From Squalus acanthias (taxonomy: Eukaryota), in the NCBI GenBank assembly GCA_030390025.1, contig JASTWF010000332.1:372001-436000 (forward strand): a stretch of 64,000 nucleotides of DNA, in the 5' to 3' direction. This document shows positions 1-13,124 of this stretch, one piece after another. Within the stretch, counting starts at the first letter, position 1. The number at the start of each line of letters is the position of its first letter. The translations under genes were made by a program, and so were the position numbers. The notes below the pieces were generated by a model. That model saw only the letters and a program-made list of their open reading frames with translations. It had not been told where the DNA came from and did not search any database.

Positions 1-231
1 GCACTGTTTGCCTCAGTTTCGAGTAGCCTTGGATAAAAGTGGCCCAAACATTGCGTGTTTCACGAAAAAAAAAGCCAGCTAGTCTGCCACAACTGGCCAG
101 CATCCCCATATATGGTCAAAATTACAAAATGGACAAAACAAACGCTAATTCTCAGTGCATTGCTATATGGAGCTTAAAAGACCCGAATGCACCAAAAGAT
201 AAATTGCTCATATTACGAGACATAGGTCATT

Positions 232-487
232 ACAAACATATGGGAACACCACCACCGCCAAGTTCCCCTCCAAGTCACACACCATCCTGACTTAGAATTA
301 TATCGTCGTTCCTTCATCGTCGCTGGGTCAAAATCCTGAAACTCCCTCCCTAACAGCACTGTGGGAGTACCTTCACCACACACACTGCAGCGGTTCAAGA
401 AGGCAGCTCATCACTACCTTCTCAAGGGCAATTAGGGATGGGCAATAAATGCTGACCGTGCCACATCCCATGAACGAATAAAAAAAG
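232..487 (+). mobile_element. 3' end of a CR1-clade LINE (lineage B)
   Basis: Matches the 3' end of the 32714-35749 element; AATAAA and A-rich tail. Confidence 0.8.
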
Positions 488-3004
488 AGAAGTTGTGGCC
501 TTTTGTACAACAATTAGCAGAAGCAGGTCAACTGACTGAGGTTTAAGGAGGTGACATGTTCTCCTGGAAAGGCGAGAATGTAAATGAAGAGCACAAAACA
601 AGAATCAGTTCTGCCATTCACCAAGAGCTTGTGCAATAATTAGATTTATCTATGGACATAAATGATCGATTGATGCCTCTACATCTCCTGCTTGCAAAGA
701 AGCATTTTTCCCCCCTTGGTCAAATCATCTACCGGCACTCACTATGTAGGCAAGGACACCATCTGCAATCCTCCACCTTTCCCAAACTAACTGCATTTCC
801 TTAGCTCACACAAGGCAACGTGCCTGATTTTCCAGGTTCTCATTGTGGCTTCTTGGATTCTGCATGTGCAACTTCCTTGAAGGATTACTTGAAAATATCA
901 CTGTTATTGCAATCGCATTGTGTGACAATAGGATATGATGCACCCATCGCTTGCAAAATAGTTTTGAACACACAGGTACAAACGACGACACAGATTTATC
1001 TTTCCTCTAAGGAAAGCTCAGACAGATGGCTGCAGACATTTAGTTACTGGATGCAATCTGAATTAATAAACATCAGGCTTTAGATTTATGAGACAAGCTG
1101 TGGGCTGGAAGAGATTGCAGCAAGTGCAATATGATAAAAAATATTGCAAGGATCATGGTCTAGCGAATATGATAGAATAGTAAAAATAAGAACAGCTGTA
1201 TCCAACAGCACGAAGCAGACAATCTGACTTCAGCTAACCACAAAAGGAAAAAAAAATCTTTTCCTATTTCTGTAATGATATTCAGTTTAACTGATAGACA
1301 AGAATGTAAACAGACAGACATTACTGAACAGAAGCAGATTTACTGAACAGATTATAGGAGTTGCTTGACATGAATCCACTTTACTTAATTCCACTTGAGG
1401 TCCAAGGTCCGCTGTGTTTACATTAGAGCTGAGATGGTTTGTGACCAGCGTGTCTTCGCACAGTTCAAAGTCATCATTTCAGAGCAATTGTGGCTTCAAG
1501 CTTACATTGGGCCGGCAATTTTAAAATTTAAATTCCTGGCTGGATAAGGCAGTTTCAGCTCCCTTTTAAAATCTCGAATTCACACATTCATTCAGTTTAC
1601 CTTACTTTGTTAGTTGAATCCAGAATGGAATTCATTCCACAATGCATACTTGCATGGGAGGTAGAGTGGGAATGGGTCCACTTTCATGCAATTCCTTATT
1701 TCCTGACTAGCTATCTTTAATGGAATGTTTCCTCGACCCATCGGTGGGTCGATACAATGAGCAGTTTAGTAATGAGCGGTTTAGTAATGAGCGTACCCAT
1801 CAGACAGCAACCAGATTCAATTCCTGCGCTGTAATCACCAGGTTGATTTCAGCCAGCCTGACAGAGAAAGGGGAGGCGAGAGGTAGAATGCTAGAATTGG
1901 TGTCAATGTCAACCTTGACAAGCTGGCGCAGGCCACCACCTTTATAACCGTACCCAAGAGGACTGGAGGCTTTTAGGAGCGATGGGGAGAAAAGGGAAGA
2001 AAACTGGGGGGAAATGACTCTCACGGAGATGGAAGGCTCTCCTAGCATTATTGGTAACTGCCTGTTAACGAAGGAATCACAAAAGTATTCTTTTCAAAAT
2101 GAAGGAGTTTCTGTTTAAACATGGAGTGCTGGGGGCTTGGGGGGGGGGGGGGGAAGATGGGGGCAGAAGTTATTGAAGCCAACAATGTGGGAGAGAACTA
2201 ACAGCTGCGGGTGCTGTCATGAACCCAATGTTCTTAAGTGATCAGGTCACTTCAACCACATGGATTAATTAGACTCCTTGCAGTTCAAGCTCAGTGAGAT
2301 CGCTGAACCAGTGATGTCATAATTTCCACCTATTAAGCAAAAGTGTTCAAAGTCAACAGATATAGCCAAAGAATAATAAATGAAAATGTTAAAATTCATA
2401 ATAATTATCTGGAAAAAATGTAAATGAACATATTAAATGGTGAAATTCCCTCTTTAACATGTTACACTATCAAAATACCAGTGCTCCCAGACCAGATTTA
2501 CATGGTTTCTTGTATTTAATAGGAAACTCACAGTAAAATATGGGCATGAGGTGGTAAATACACCACTGAATGTGAACTGAGGCATACAGACTAAGAATGT
2601 CACAAGTTGAATCCTTGATCTGTGTTGAGTTAGCTGGGCTAAGCCACCATATTTATAAAAGGCACTACCTCAGGGTTAGGGAGGGTGGGGAATAAAAGTC
2701 AGCATTCCCAATCCCTGCTGGATATGTGTGGGTGTCTCAGGGAAAATATATGGGCAAGAAAACAGCTAGCTCAGTTTTCTGTGGATTTTGAGCTCCTGGT
2801 CATGGACATTTTCAGTAAAAATACACGATGGCCACAGATGGAGATCATGTGGCTGCTTACCACCAGACCAGGGTGCAGAGAGACCAAGAAGTGCAAAGAT
2901 AAACACAGCATTTCCAAATGTTTCAGCATAACTGTAGATCAATACATGTTAGCACATTCATTGTCCCCCATCTTGGCATTGCCCCACCTGGAATATACTC
3001 AGGG

Positions 3005-4126
3005 GAACTTAGGAACAAGAGTAGGCTATTCAGCCCCTCGAGCCTGTTCTGCCATTCAAGGAGATCATGGCTGATTGGTGACCTAACTCCATATACCTGC
3101 CTTTGCCCCATATCCCTTAATAACTTTGGTTAACTAAAATCTATCAATCTCAGATTTTAAATTAACAATTGATCTAGCATCAATTGTCATTTGCAGAAGA
3201 GAGTTCCAACCTTCTACCACCTTTTGTGTGTACAAGTGTTTCCTAACTTCACTCCTGAAAGGCCTGGTTCTAGTTTTTAGACTATGCTCCCTAGTCCTAG
3301 ACACCTCAACCAGTGGAAATAATTTCTCTCTATCTACCCTATCAGTTCCCTTTAATATCTTGAAAACGTCAATCAAATCACCCTTAACCTCCTAAATTCC
3401 AGGGAATACAACCCTAATTTGTGTAGTCCTTCCTCGTAATTTAACCCTTGGAGTCCAGGTATCATTCTGGTAAACCTACGCTGCACTCCCTCCAAGGCCA
3501 ATATATCCTTCCTAAGGTGTGGTGCCCAGAACTGAACACAGTACTCCAGGTGTGGTCTAACCAGGGCTTTGTACAGCTGTAGCATAACTTCTACCCCCTT
3601 GTATTCTAATCTTCTAGATATAAAGGCTAGCATTCCATTAGCCTTTTTGATTATTTTCCGTACCTGTCCATGACATTTTAATGATCTGTATACATGGACC
3701 CCTCCCAAGTCTCTTTGGACCTCCAATGTTTCTAGCTTTTCACCATTTAGAAAATACTCTGTTCTATTCTTTTTATTTCTCACATTTCCTACATTGAAAT
3801 CCATTTGCCACTGTTTTGCCCAATTGCTTAATTAACATCTCTTTGTAATTTTATGTATCCATCTACACCGCTTACAATGCCGCCTATCTTTGGGTCATGT
3901 GGATTTCTATCCCGTCATCCAAGTAATTAATAAATAAGGTGAATAGTTGCAGCCCCAACACAGATCCTTGTGGGACACCACTAGTCACATCCTGCCAATT
4001 TGAGTACCTGCCCATTATCCCTACTCTGTCTCCTACCACTCAGCCAATTTACTAACCAAGTCAATAATTTGCCTTCAATTCCACGAGCTTCAACTTTAGC
4101 TAACAGTCTCGAGGGACTTTATCAAA
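3005..4126 (-). mobile_element. 5'-truncated CR1 LINE (RT C-terminus and 3' UTR)
   Basis: ORFs 3373-3804 and 3134-3376 with LYKALVRPHLEYCVQFWAP...LEGVQRRFTRMIPG; CR1 3' UTR motif. Confidence 0.92.
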
Positions 4127-4702
4127 TACAGGAGAGAATAGGATATGATCAATATCTGACGCAACTAACACTAGAAACAACAGGATTAAGTGATCAGCTT
4201 TCGTAGCAGGGCTTTTGAGTACAAGACAGCAAGTAAAACCCCTGGAAGGACTAACATTCCCACTTACATACAAAAAGCAATGTTCCTGAGAACATAAAGA
4301 ATGCAAACATTAATTATCTCACATCAATTATTCAGGGATTAGCGGATTCAAACTTGGATTGAATACAACATTCAGAAACAAATTATTCCCTAGTCCAAAA
4401 GTGTAATATTTCTCTGATAAAACAGGAGACCAAGAGTTAATATTTTGATATTTCCCTGTAGCCTAAGGATATATGATGGGGGCTAACCTTCAGGATATTC
4501 TAGATAATCTTCTATACAGTCATTTGTCCATTGTTATTCCCCCCCCTCCTCACCCCCCAAACCACCCCCCGCCTTCCCCATCCCCATCCCGTACCAAGAA
4601 GTTCCAAACAGCTTTTTGTATGGTCAGCTTTAAGTAATGTTAGTCCTGCAGGGCTGTATTTTACATGCAATAGGTTGCACAGACACTCTTAGCAGCTAAA
4701 TG

Positions 4703-5602
4703 TCAGCCTTGGCCCAGTGGTAGCACTCTTAACCTGTAAATCAGAAGGTTGTGAATTCAAGCCCCACTCAAGAGATGTGAGCACATAATCCAGGCTGACA
4801 CAGTGCAGGGCTAACGGAGTGCTGTACTGTCGAAAAAAAGGACTTGCATTTATTTAGTGTCTTTTACAACCTCAGGAAGTCCAAATCGCTTTAACGCCAA
4901 CAAAGTGCTTGTGAATATATAGTCACTGTTGTAATGTAGGCAATGTGGAAACCAATTTTGCACAGCAAGGTCCCACAAACAGCAACGACGTAATGACCAG
5001 ATAATCTGTTTTAGTGATGTTGGTGGAGGGATAAATATTGACCAGGATACCAAGGAGAACTCCCCTGCTCCCCTTCGAAATAGTGCCATGTGATCATTTA
5101 CAGCCACCCAAGAGAGCAGACGGAGCCTCGATTGAACGTCTTATCCAAAGGACGGCACCGCCGACAGTGCAGCACGCCCTCAGCACTGCACTGGAGTGTC
5201 GGCCGAAATTTTGTGCTCAAGTCTCTGGAGTGGGACTTGAACCCACGACCTTCCGACTCAGAGGCGAGAGTGTGCTACCACTGAGACAAAGCTCACAGAC
5301 TTCGGTGTCAAAGTGCCACTTTTTTGGATGAGAGGTAAAAGATGGGCGTTAAAGATCTCATGGTGCTATTGGAAGATGAGAGACTTCTCCCAATGTGGCC
5401 AATATTTATCCCTCAACCAACATCGCCAAACAGATTGCTTGGTCATTTCTCTCATTGTTGCTTGGGAGATCTAAATTGGCGGCTGCGCTTTCCCACAGAA
5501 ATGATACAACATTGACGTTTCAAAAGTACTTCATGGGTTATGAAGCGCTTTGGAACGTCCCGAGCTCGTGAAAGGTGCTTTATAAATGCAAGTCTTTCTT
5601 CT
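4703..5602 (+). mobile_element. tRNA-derived Deu-domain SINE (SacSINE1-like) interrupted by an antisense copy
   Basis: tRNA-like head (TGGCCCAGTGG, GAATTCAAGCCCC) 4703-4832; body resumes about 5300 and ends in the GCTTTATAAATGCAAGTCTTTC tail. Confidence 0.75.
4833..5298 (-). mobile_element. Full-length tRNA-derived Deu-domain SINE nested in another SINE
   Basis: Reverse strand shows box A/B (CTCAGTGGTAGC, GGTTCAAGTCCC), a central domain and an L2-like tail. Confidence 0.8.
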
Positions 5603-6760
5603 TAAATAACTACACTTCACTCAAAATCAACAAAGGAAAGGTCAGTCATGACTGTAAGACTGTCAGCTCAGCAAGAGTAAACTCCATCCAGAAAACCCGA
5701 TCAATAAGTTCCTAAACGTCGTTCGCATTCATTGGTTTTACATACATATAAATGCTACCATACATAACCTGAATGTTGAATGGGCAATAGCCGTGTCAGT
5801 ATAACAGATCAATTTTTACTTAGCTCCGCCTGCACTGCAAATAGTTTTAAACCATTCTTGCAAACAAGACTAGATTTATATCGGACGACAAACTGTTACG
5901 CCTTCGGGTGTTTCTTGCATTGACGGCGCGATATAAATGCGAGCTGTTGCTTGGTGGTAGTCACGTGGGTTGTGTAGTTGACACATCGTGTAGCTCAAAT
6001 GAAGTAACTCTGACCAGGCCCACCCACTCCTGCTGGCTACTGTACACTTCAACAGTTCACACAGCACAGCAATAAAGCTGTGTGCAGATTGAAGCCTCAT
6101 TAAATAGACAGAAATCATTTGCTATAAATCAGACTCACAGGACAACAGACAAGCTTATCCTCTAGATCGGTGCGGATTTCCTCAGCTTGGACCATCTATT
6201 AAAAGAAGGCGTTAACTGGGCTTCTGGTGTCTAAAATGTCGCGGTTCAATTCCTATACTGGTATTCCAAGCTCATCAGACTATTGTGAATTACTGCTGCT
6301 GGATTTATAGTTTGTTCTGTCGGTTAATGTTAAGATGCCCTTTCGCTTTGCATTAAGATTTCTCCGAAGGCATGGGTCCACCGCTCATTCATAACTCTGA
6401 ACTCGAGAGTTGTACCGCGGTTACTAAAGGCAATCGCACAATTCCAGCCAAGACCCCGCTTCTCTCTGGTACATTCACACGCTCGACTGCAAATCAGAAA
6501 AGTAATGAATGCTTCCAAAATATATCGAGTTAACACTGGGCTTCACTTTTACTCTCCAGCACTCACGTGTACTGGCAATTACAAAGCTCGGCCACGTCAG
6601 ATCGCAACTCTGTGTACCACAAGCCTTTAACTTTTGTCATTCCATTGAATGTAACCCACGGGAAGCGGCACACAATGATCACAGACGGCGAATGACTGCA
6701 TGGCTCCAGATTGATGGACATTAGGTGTCAGTCACTGATTGAAAAACCTCACTCACTCAC

Positions 6761-6832
6761 CCTGATCCTTCTCATCGCAGCAACGATCTCCACCCTGCTG
6801 TTTGGCCTGGGTACATCCAACGTGCCGATGTA
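6761..6832 (-). CDS. NOS1AP: NOS1AP/CAPON coding exon 2 (start of PTB domain)
   Basis: tttcacAG acceptor, 72 nt encoding [33 protein letters not shown] donor. The expected exon 3 (YEFKAKNIKKKK...) was not found in 1-6760, so the gene continues left of the window. Confidence 0.9.
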
Positions 6833-6969
6833 CTGTGAAAAGGGGAAAACAAATGGGGGAAACTTTATAAAGACCAGGGGGCTCCTTCGACACAAAGTCC
6901 CAAACTCTCGAACGCGCTTCACATGCTGCGGCTTTGAATGAAGTGGGGGGGGGGGGGGGAGTTACAAAC

Positions 6970-7074
6970 CTTCGCCTCGAAACTGATCCCATGCTGGAAA
7001 GCCTCCTCGTTGTGCAAAGGAATCCTCAAATCGTGCCCGTCATCCACTAAGTTGTATTTGGTTTTGCTTGGCAT
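6970..7074 (-). CDS. NOS1AP: NOS1AP/CAPON (or close paralog), coding exon 1
   Basis: Translates [35 protein letters not shown] (105 nt), nearly identical to the vertebrate NOS1AP N-terminus as I recall it; ends in AAG|GTTTGT donor, phase 0. Confidence 0.9.
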
Positions 7075-7269
7075 GTTGGTTAACAGTTGCGACCAGAAAA
7101 TAACCAGGACCAAAGCGAATAAGCCCTAAGCTAGGCTGCAGCAGGAGGTGTCTTTTTACAAATGAAAACTGTGGCAGAACTCAAAGATAAAGTAACTGTG
7201 GGGGGGAAACGGGGCTTCAGCAGCTCCTGGGGGCGTTGCAACCAGCCCCAATGCTACACCGTGTACCTA

Positions 7270-7770
7270 AAGCAGGTTGCGAGTGGCTGATCCTGTTGGG
7301 ATGGCCGGGATTGATGTGAATTGCGAGCCTTGCTTCCCCCACACACACAGGGAACCGTGCTCCGGTGCTGCAGGCTCCACTCAGCTCCTAGCTGCCCTTA
7401 GCCGGCTCCTAGCGCTCAGCTCCCGGCTTGCTCCTAGCCGCTGCTTCCCTTCCTCTCACAGCAGCGCCATATCGGCACTTCCCAATCGGGCCGACACACA
7501 AAAAAGCTCAGGCTCCCTCCCATTGGACGGCGCCGGGAATTCCGACCGCTTTTTATTGGCGTAAAGTTACATCACTGCGCTCCGTGTGGCTGGAGAACTC
7601 AACAAGCTTCCTGGATTCCCCGGGGAGGGTGGATACGGCGGCGGTGGGAGAGGGATCCGAGGGTGCTTGGCACTGAAAGTGAGTGCCGGTGTCTGTAATG
7701 AATCGTCCGAATGCAGCAATGTCCAGGCGGCTTGTCCAAGGGAGCGGTGTGAACGCTTGGTACGGTAGGT
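7270..7770. promoter_or_regulatory. CpG-rich promoter region of NOS1AP, possibly bidirectional
   Basis: GC/CpG-rich non-repetitive stretch just upstream of the ATG; CCAAT boxes at 7482-7486 (+), 7522-7526 and 7555-7559 (-). Confidence 0.65.
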
Positions 7771-8475
7771 GTGTGTCTATTGAACACCTAACTTACATGT
7801 TGCTGTACACAGCCATCCCACTAACATCTGCTACCCACTCTTCATTCTGTGAAATATATATTCCCGGTAGGGGGACTGACTAGCTACCAAGACCCCCCAC
7901 CCCCTTAAAAAATAGTTTCAATGCTCTACTAATAGTCAAATGGCATGGAAATATTTCTACTATTGAAAGTTAAAATATTGTGATAGTTAAAACAAACCTA
8001 ATTGGGCTGCAGTGATTGCAGGTGGCGACACAGCAGCACTTTCCTTTCAATCTGATGGGATAATATCAGGGAGACCGCAGGAATAAGACGAGATGGCTCA
8101 CAACATTGCCCCTGCTGGTTACTGAGAGACAAGAGAATTTGTGCGGGGGCCAGTGAAAGCTGATCCTCGACATTGCATCCATAATATTCAATATTCTTGG
8201 TTGTCATGGAAACCTCTTTCCGAGTGACCCTCGTGCATTGTTTATATATACATTTTTTAAGTAATTTCCTGATGGTCTAATGGGTAAATCGACCATGTAG
8301 TGTGAGTTAGCCCGTGCAGCAAATGTTCCAGGTTTGAAACCTATGCTGGGTTAACTGATCTGAGTCAGGTCAGTCAGTGGTGGGGCACCGTACCACAATT
8401 GCCCTTGGCATACCCAGTCAGGAGACACTCTTGATCGCGGTCTAGTGACATCTGCTAGAAAGGGCAACTGAGTTA

Positions 8476-8822
8476 ACAACCAACATCACTTTAAAAAAAA
8501 ATTATCGGGTCATTTATTTCGTTGCTGTTTGTGGGATCATGCTGTGCGCAAATTGACTGCCGTGTTTCCCCCCATTACAACAGTGACTACACTTCAAAAG
8601 TACTTCGTTGGCTGTAACTCTCTTTGGGACGTCCTGAGGTCGTGAAAGGTGCTATATAAATGTAAGTCTGTCTTTCTTTAATTCATACACCAGTCGTGCT
8701 TGTTGCAATCTGGAAATGGAAAACTCATCCTGGACAGAACTTCAAAACTACTCCATTGGCTGTAAAGCGCTTTGGGATGTTCTGAGGTTGTGAAAGGCGC
8801 TATATAAATGAAAGTCCTTCTT
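8476..8822 (+). mobile_element. SINE 3' portion plus a second tail copy
   Basis: Two ...AAAGG(T/C)GCTATATAAATG tails at about 8645-8680 and 8790-8822. Confidence 0.7.
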
Positions 8823-9194
8823 CAATACAGGAGGAGATTTCCTCTGTGCGCCATGTGTTAAGGAATCATAAGCTTATCCTTTATAAATGGGTTGATGATT
8901 TTCTTTCACATGACTTAGAGGAAATCACCCTCATTTGAGTATAGGATCAGCTTGACTTGGATAACCCCATGGCTGTATAGCCCAGTGGCGTTCACTGACG
9001 AGGTACCAAAGGGCTGTGGTGCCGATGGAACTGTATCACAGTTTAAGTCGCTGCCTTCAGGGAGATATGGAGTAAAGGGAGAAAGCTTGAGGTAAGAAAA
9101 TGGAATTCAGATTTTGGTAATCTAACCTTTGGGTGGAGTGGAAAGCAAATTTAAGACCACTTTAATCCCAATGTATAACCCTGAAACTAGTCTA

Positions 9195-9532
9195 CTCTTC
9201 TGATTTTGGGTGATTCAACAAATCAACTGTAACTTAATAAAACTTTAAATAAAGCTTAACAAATTAAATTAAAATTGTGTTGGCCGGGGTGATGATGCAC
9301 TCCAGTCCCCATGGCGCCCACCGGTCGCGGAAGGCCTCAAGCGTGCCGGCGGACACCGCGTGCTCCAGGGCCACCCGGGCGCGAACATGGCCGCGGAGGA
9401 GAGGCAGGCAGTCGGGCCGAACGACCCCCTCGACCGCCCGCTGCCTGGACCAGTTAATGACTATTTTCACCAGGCCCAGGAACAGTCCCATGAGGAGGTC
9501 CTCCGATCTGCCCGCTCCCCTCCGCACCAGGT
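9195..9532 (-). mobile_element. 3' fragment of an L1/Tx1-clade LINE
   Basis: GC-rich ORF end DLLMGLFLGLVKIVINWSRQRAVEG...FRDRWAP resembling Tx1 ORF2; 14-bp TSD CTGAAACTAGTCTA at 9181-9194 and 9533-9546. Confidence 0.75.
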
Positions 9533-10545
9533 CTGAAACTAGTCTAACACTGTGGTTGATGTATTCTTTTAAAATGAAGCTGAAATTAACACAATGATAT
9601 TTGAACAACAGTTTGCTAAAAACAAATTAATACAAAAAGGAACAAGGCCAGATGCAACTCTTAACTGTGTTGGAAACCCTAACCTTATAGGCAGTGCACC
9701 AACCTTAAATGTAGACTCAGCTCTCCAAGCAAGTAGACACCAAATAATTTTACCTGTAACAAACTGCTTGAAACATAAACCTACATAAACCTGATTTTCA
9801 GATATAACGGGTAAAACCGCAATGGACCAAAAAATTGCATTTGGTGTTTATTTTGCAATCGTGGTAAAGAAATGGGCAGATATTTTCATCTTTGGCTGGA
9901 ATTCTTGGTAGCACAAGCTTTCTGTTGGTCGTTAAGTTATATTAAATTTAAGCAAATTTCAGAGGTCTGATTGGACCAGTAAAGCAATTGAGAGCGAAAA
10001 GGCTCATTTTCAAGTCTTCCTCTCCAGCTTTTCCTGATTTTATTCTGAATTTAACGTTTCTAATGAAAGACAACTGAAATCAGCGCGAAAACTTCAGCCT
10101 TGGTGAAAATAAAAATGGCTGAAAAATAATCGCTGGAAATTGTGTAAAAAAAAAAAATAAATAATAAGCACCAAAAGCTGGAAACCTCATTGCACCTTAA
10201 ACTACACATTGCTTACTTTAAGTTGCCATATTGTCATTGGTTACCATTTGGAGAGATTACCTTTGGATTTTTTCCGCTACTGACAGAAGTTCACGTTTTC
10301 AAACCTTTTTTCTGGCATTTTTCCTCATCAATCAATAATTACCCCCCCATAGTACATTAATCATAGATCGCTGTACATGTACCACCTCAGATGTTAATGT
10401 AGGTTACTGATTGTGCACGCAAATGTATTGGAGGTACAGACATCTTATTCACCCCACACGGGGCAATGGGAATCTGCTTTGCAAATCAAGTTGCAAATGC
10501 ACAAGAGCATTCTGGGTAGTTATGTCAAGCAGATGTATCTAATTT

Positions 10546-10970
10546 AAGAAAGAAAGATTTTGCAATTAGATCGTGTCTTTCACAACCTCATGACATCCCA
10601 AAGGAGTCCATAATCAATGAGTTGCATCTGAACTGCAGTCACTGTTGTTACGTAGGCAAACAGGCCAGCTATGGCACAGCAAGATCCCACAAACAGCAAA
10701 TGAGAGAAATGACTAGTTCATCATTTTTTTTTACTGGTGTTTGGTTGAGCATTGAATGTTGGCCAGGACCCTGGCAGAACTCTCATGCTCTTCTTCAAAC
10801 AGTGCCAAGGCATCTTTTATGGCCCAGTTAACACCCCATTCAAAAAAAAGCACTTTCCACAATGCAGCACTGCGTTGAAGTGTCGACACAGATTATGGGC
10901 CGGCGTGTGGCTTGAACCCACAATCAGCTGATTCAGATTCAAGAGTGCTACCTCCGAGTGAAGTTGACAC
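10546..10970 (-). mobile_element. Diverged tRNA-derived SINE
   Basis: Reverse-complement similarity to the other SINE copies (tail at left, tRNA head at right). Confidence 0.65.
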
Positions 10971-12469
10971 AATTTAGTCCAAATTATCAGAAAGTGGAAT
11001 GGAAACCTGAAATGTAATTCAATTTTCAATGTATACTAGTAAATACCAAATGGTTCAAAAGACTCGGTAATAAAACAGGTCAGTTGGAACTTGAGATCTG
11101 ATTTGTAATAGAATTGTCTTCATTAAATGGTAAACTAATGAAGCAGAGCTGGTGACTGATTAGATTTTAAGCAGTAACACAGAAACCGTGCAATCAATGT
11201 TACTATTTAAATTGGTCTTTAAATAATACTTCACAGATCTGTATAGTCCCAATCCTGGGAAATATTGTCCTGACCTAATGGAACATTGTTTATGTATATT
11301 TGTAGGGGAAAAATCATACACACATTCATTGGAAATTAAGTCAGGCAGAACTCTGAATAGCACAAGAGAATGCATCAATAACACACTGCCCTCATTATAT
11401 AACCGGTTGCTAAACATTAAATGGAATGCTCAAGTTAAGTAACTAACAACTTATTTAAACATCATATCAAGCGATGGATAGCTTATTAAATTGTAATAAA
11501 GTTTGACATAACTGCCTGGAATTTTCCTGTGCATTTGTAAGCTTCCAATTTGATTTGTCCATCAGAATCCAGCTAGCCCCTGCTAGTGAATAATTTGTCT
11601 GTAGGTGAATACATTGGTCAGTATTCCACACAGATGTAAGATCGTGAGCACGTACAGTTTCAATATTAGGATTATGTTCTTCCCCCACCCCCACTTGTAA
11701 ATGGAATGTTCCACTTAGGCTGTCAAAGGCTGCATCTTTGCTGTTCTCAAATTATATGTTTAATTCTTTCCTCACATTATCTGTTTAATCCATCAGTTAA
11801 ACAGTTCAAATGAAAAGAGGAAAGAAACACATTTATGGAACAGCCTTCAGGATTTTAAGGGACCCCTGAGCGGTTTGAATTTTAAAAGTATTCTACTGTT
11901 TAAATCTTTTATATTATCATGGACCTTTAGGGCAGAATATTCCCTTTGGTGAAACTGTGCAAATTTTATTTTCAAGCTTGCTGCTGAAGTAAATAACGGA
12001 TGTATTGCAATGCAGGAAGAGGTGGCATTATGTGGGAGCTAACTCTCGCACAATGCGACAGGTAGTGTGGACAGGGGAAGACTACTTGGGCTTCTTTACA
12101 ATCAACTTTTAGCTCAGCATCCAAAAATATGAGTTGTTGCAAATAATACTCACAGAAAACTGGCAAAGGTATAATGTTCACACAGGGCTCTCCCTACTTT
12201 TCCCTCAGGGCCTTAAGACATCTTTTTCACCAGTTTCAACAGGGTCACTGGAACACAGCAAAAGCTATATTTTTATGTGGCTATTACATACAGGATAGAT
12301 CTTGGTCATCTGATAAATAGATTCAAACCAAAGCCCCAGTGTTTAAATGACAGTGTGCATCACACAGTCTCCCCATTATTAAATATTGTTATAATAATAC
12401 ATTCACGTACCACCTTGTCTAAAAGCTTCACAAAATAACAGTTACTGTGATTCTAAAGTAATTTAAGTG

Positions 12470-12845
12470 TAGTGGTAGCACCCTTGCCTCTGAGTCATAA
12501 GATTGTGGGTTCAAGTCCCACTCCAGAGACTTGGGTACGTAATCGAGTACTCGTTAAACCGAGGCTCCGCCTGCCCTCTCGGATGGATGTAAAAGATCCC
12601 ATGGCACGTTTCGAAGAAGAACAGGGGAGTTCTCCCTAGTGTCCTGGCCAACATTTATCCCTCAATTAACATCACTAAAACAGTTTATCTGGTCATTTAT
12701 CCTCTTGCTGTGTGGAAATTGGCTGCTGCAATTTTCCTATATTACAGCAATGACTACACATCAGAAATTGATGTGATTGGCTGTAAAACGCCTTGGGACA
12801 TCCTGAGGCCATGAAAGACGCTATATAAATGCAAGTTCTTTCTTA
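12470..12845 (+). mobile_element. tRNA-derived Deu-domain SINE
   Basis: AGTGGTAGCAC head, GGGTTCAAGTCCCAC box B, GCTATATAAATGCAAG tail. Confidence 0.78.
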
Positions 12846-13124
12846 TTAAGACAAGCACGACAGTCATTGTGTACCAGCAACATCACATGAACAGCAATGG
12901 GATGAATGACCAGTTGATCAAATCTTTTGGGTGGTATGGGTTGAGGAAGGAATATTGTCTAGGATGCTGGGGTTGGGGTAGGAAAAGCTCCTTCCTCTTC
13001 TTTGAATAGTGGCATAGGATCGATTAATGTCCACCTGAGGTAATGGAATAGGCAGACAGGACCTCAGTTTAGCATTTCGTTGTGAAGGATGGTACCTTTG
13101 AAATGTGACACTTTTTCATACCAC

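Noticed and set aside
1720..2048. Overlapping ORFs as NOS1AP exon 3
   Set aside because: No YEFKAKNIKKKK-like sequence; treated as intronic.
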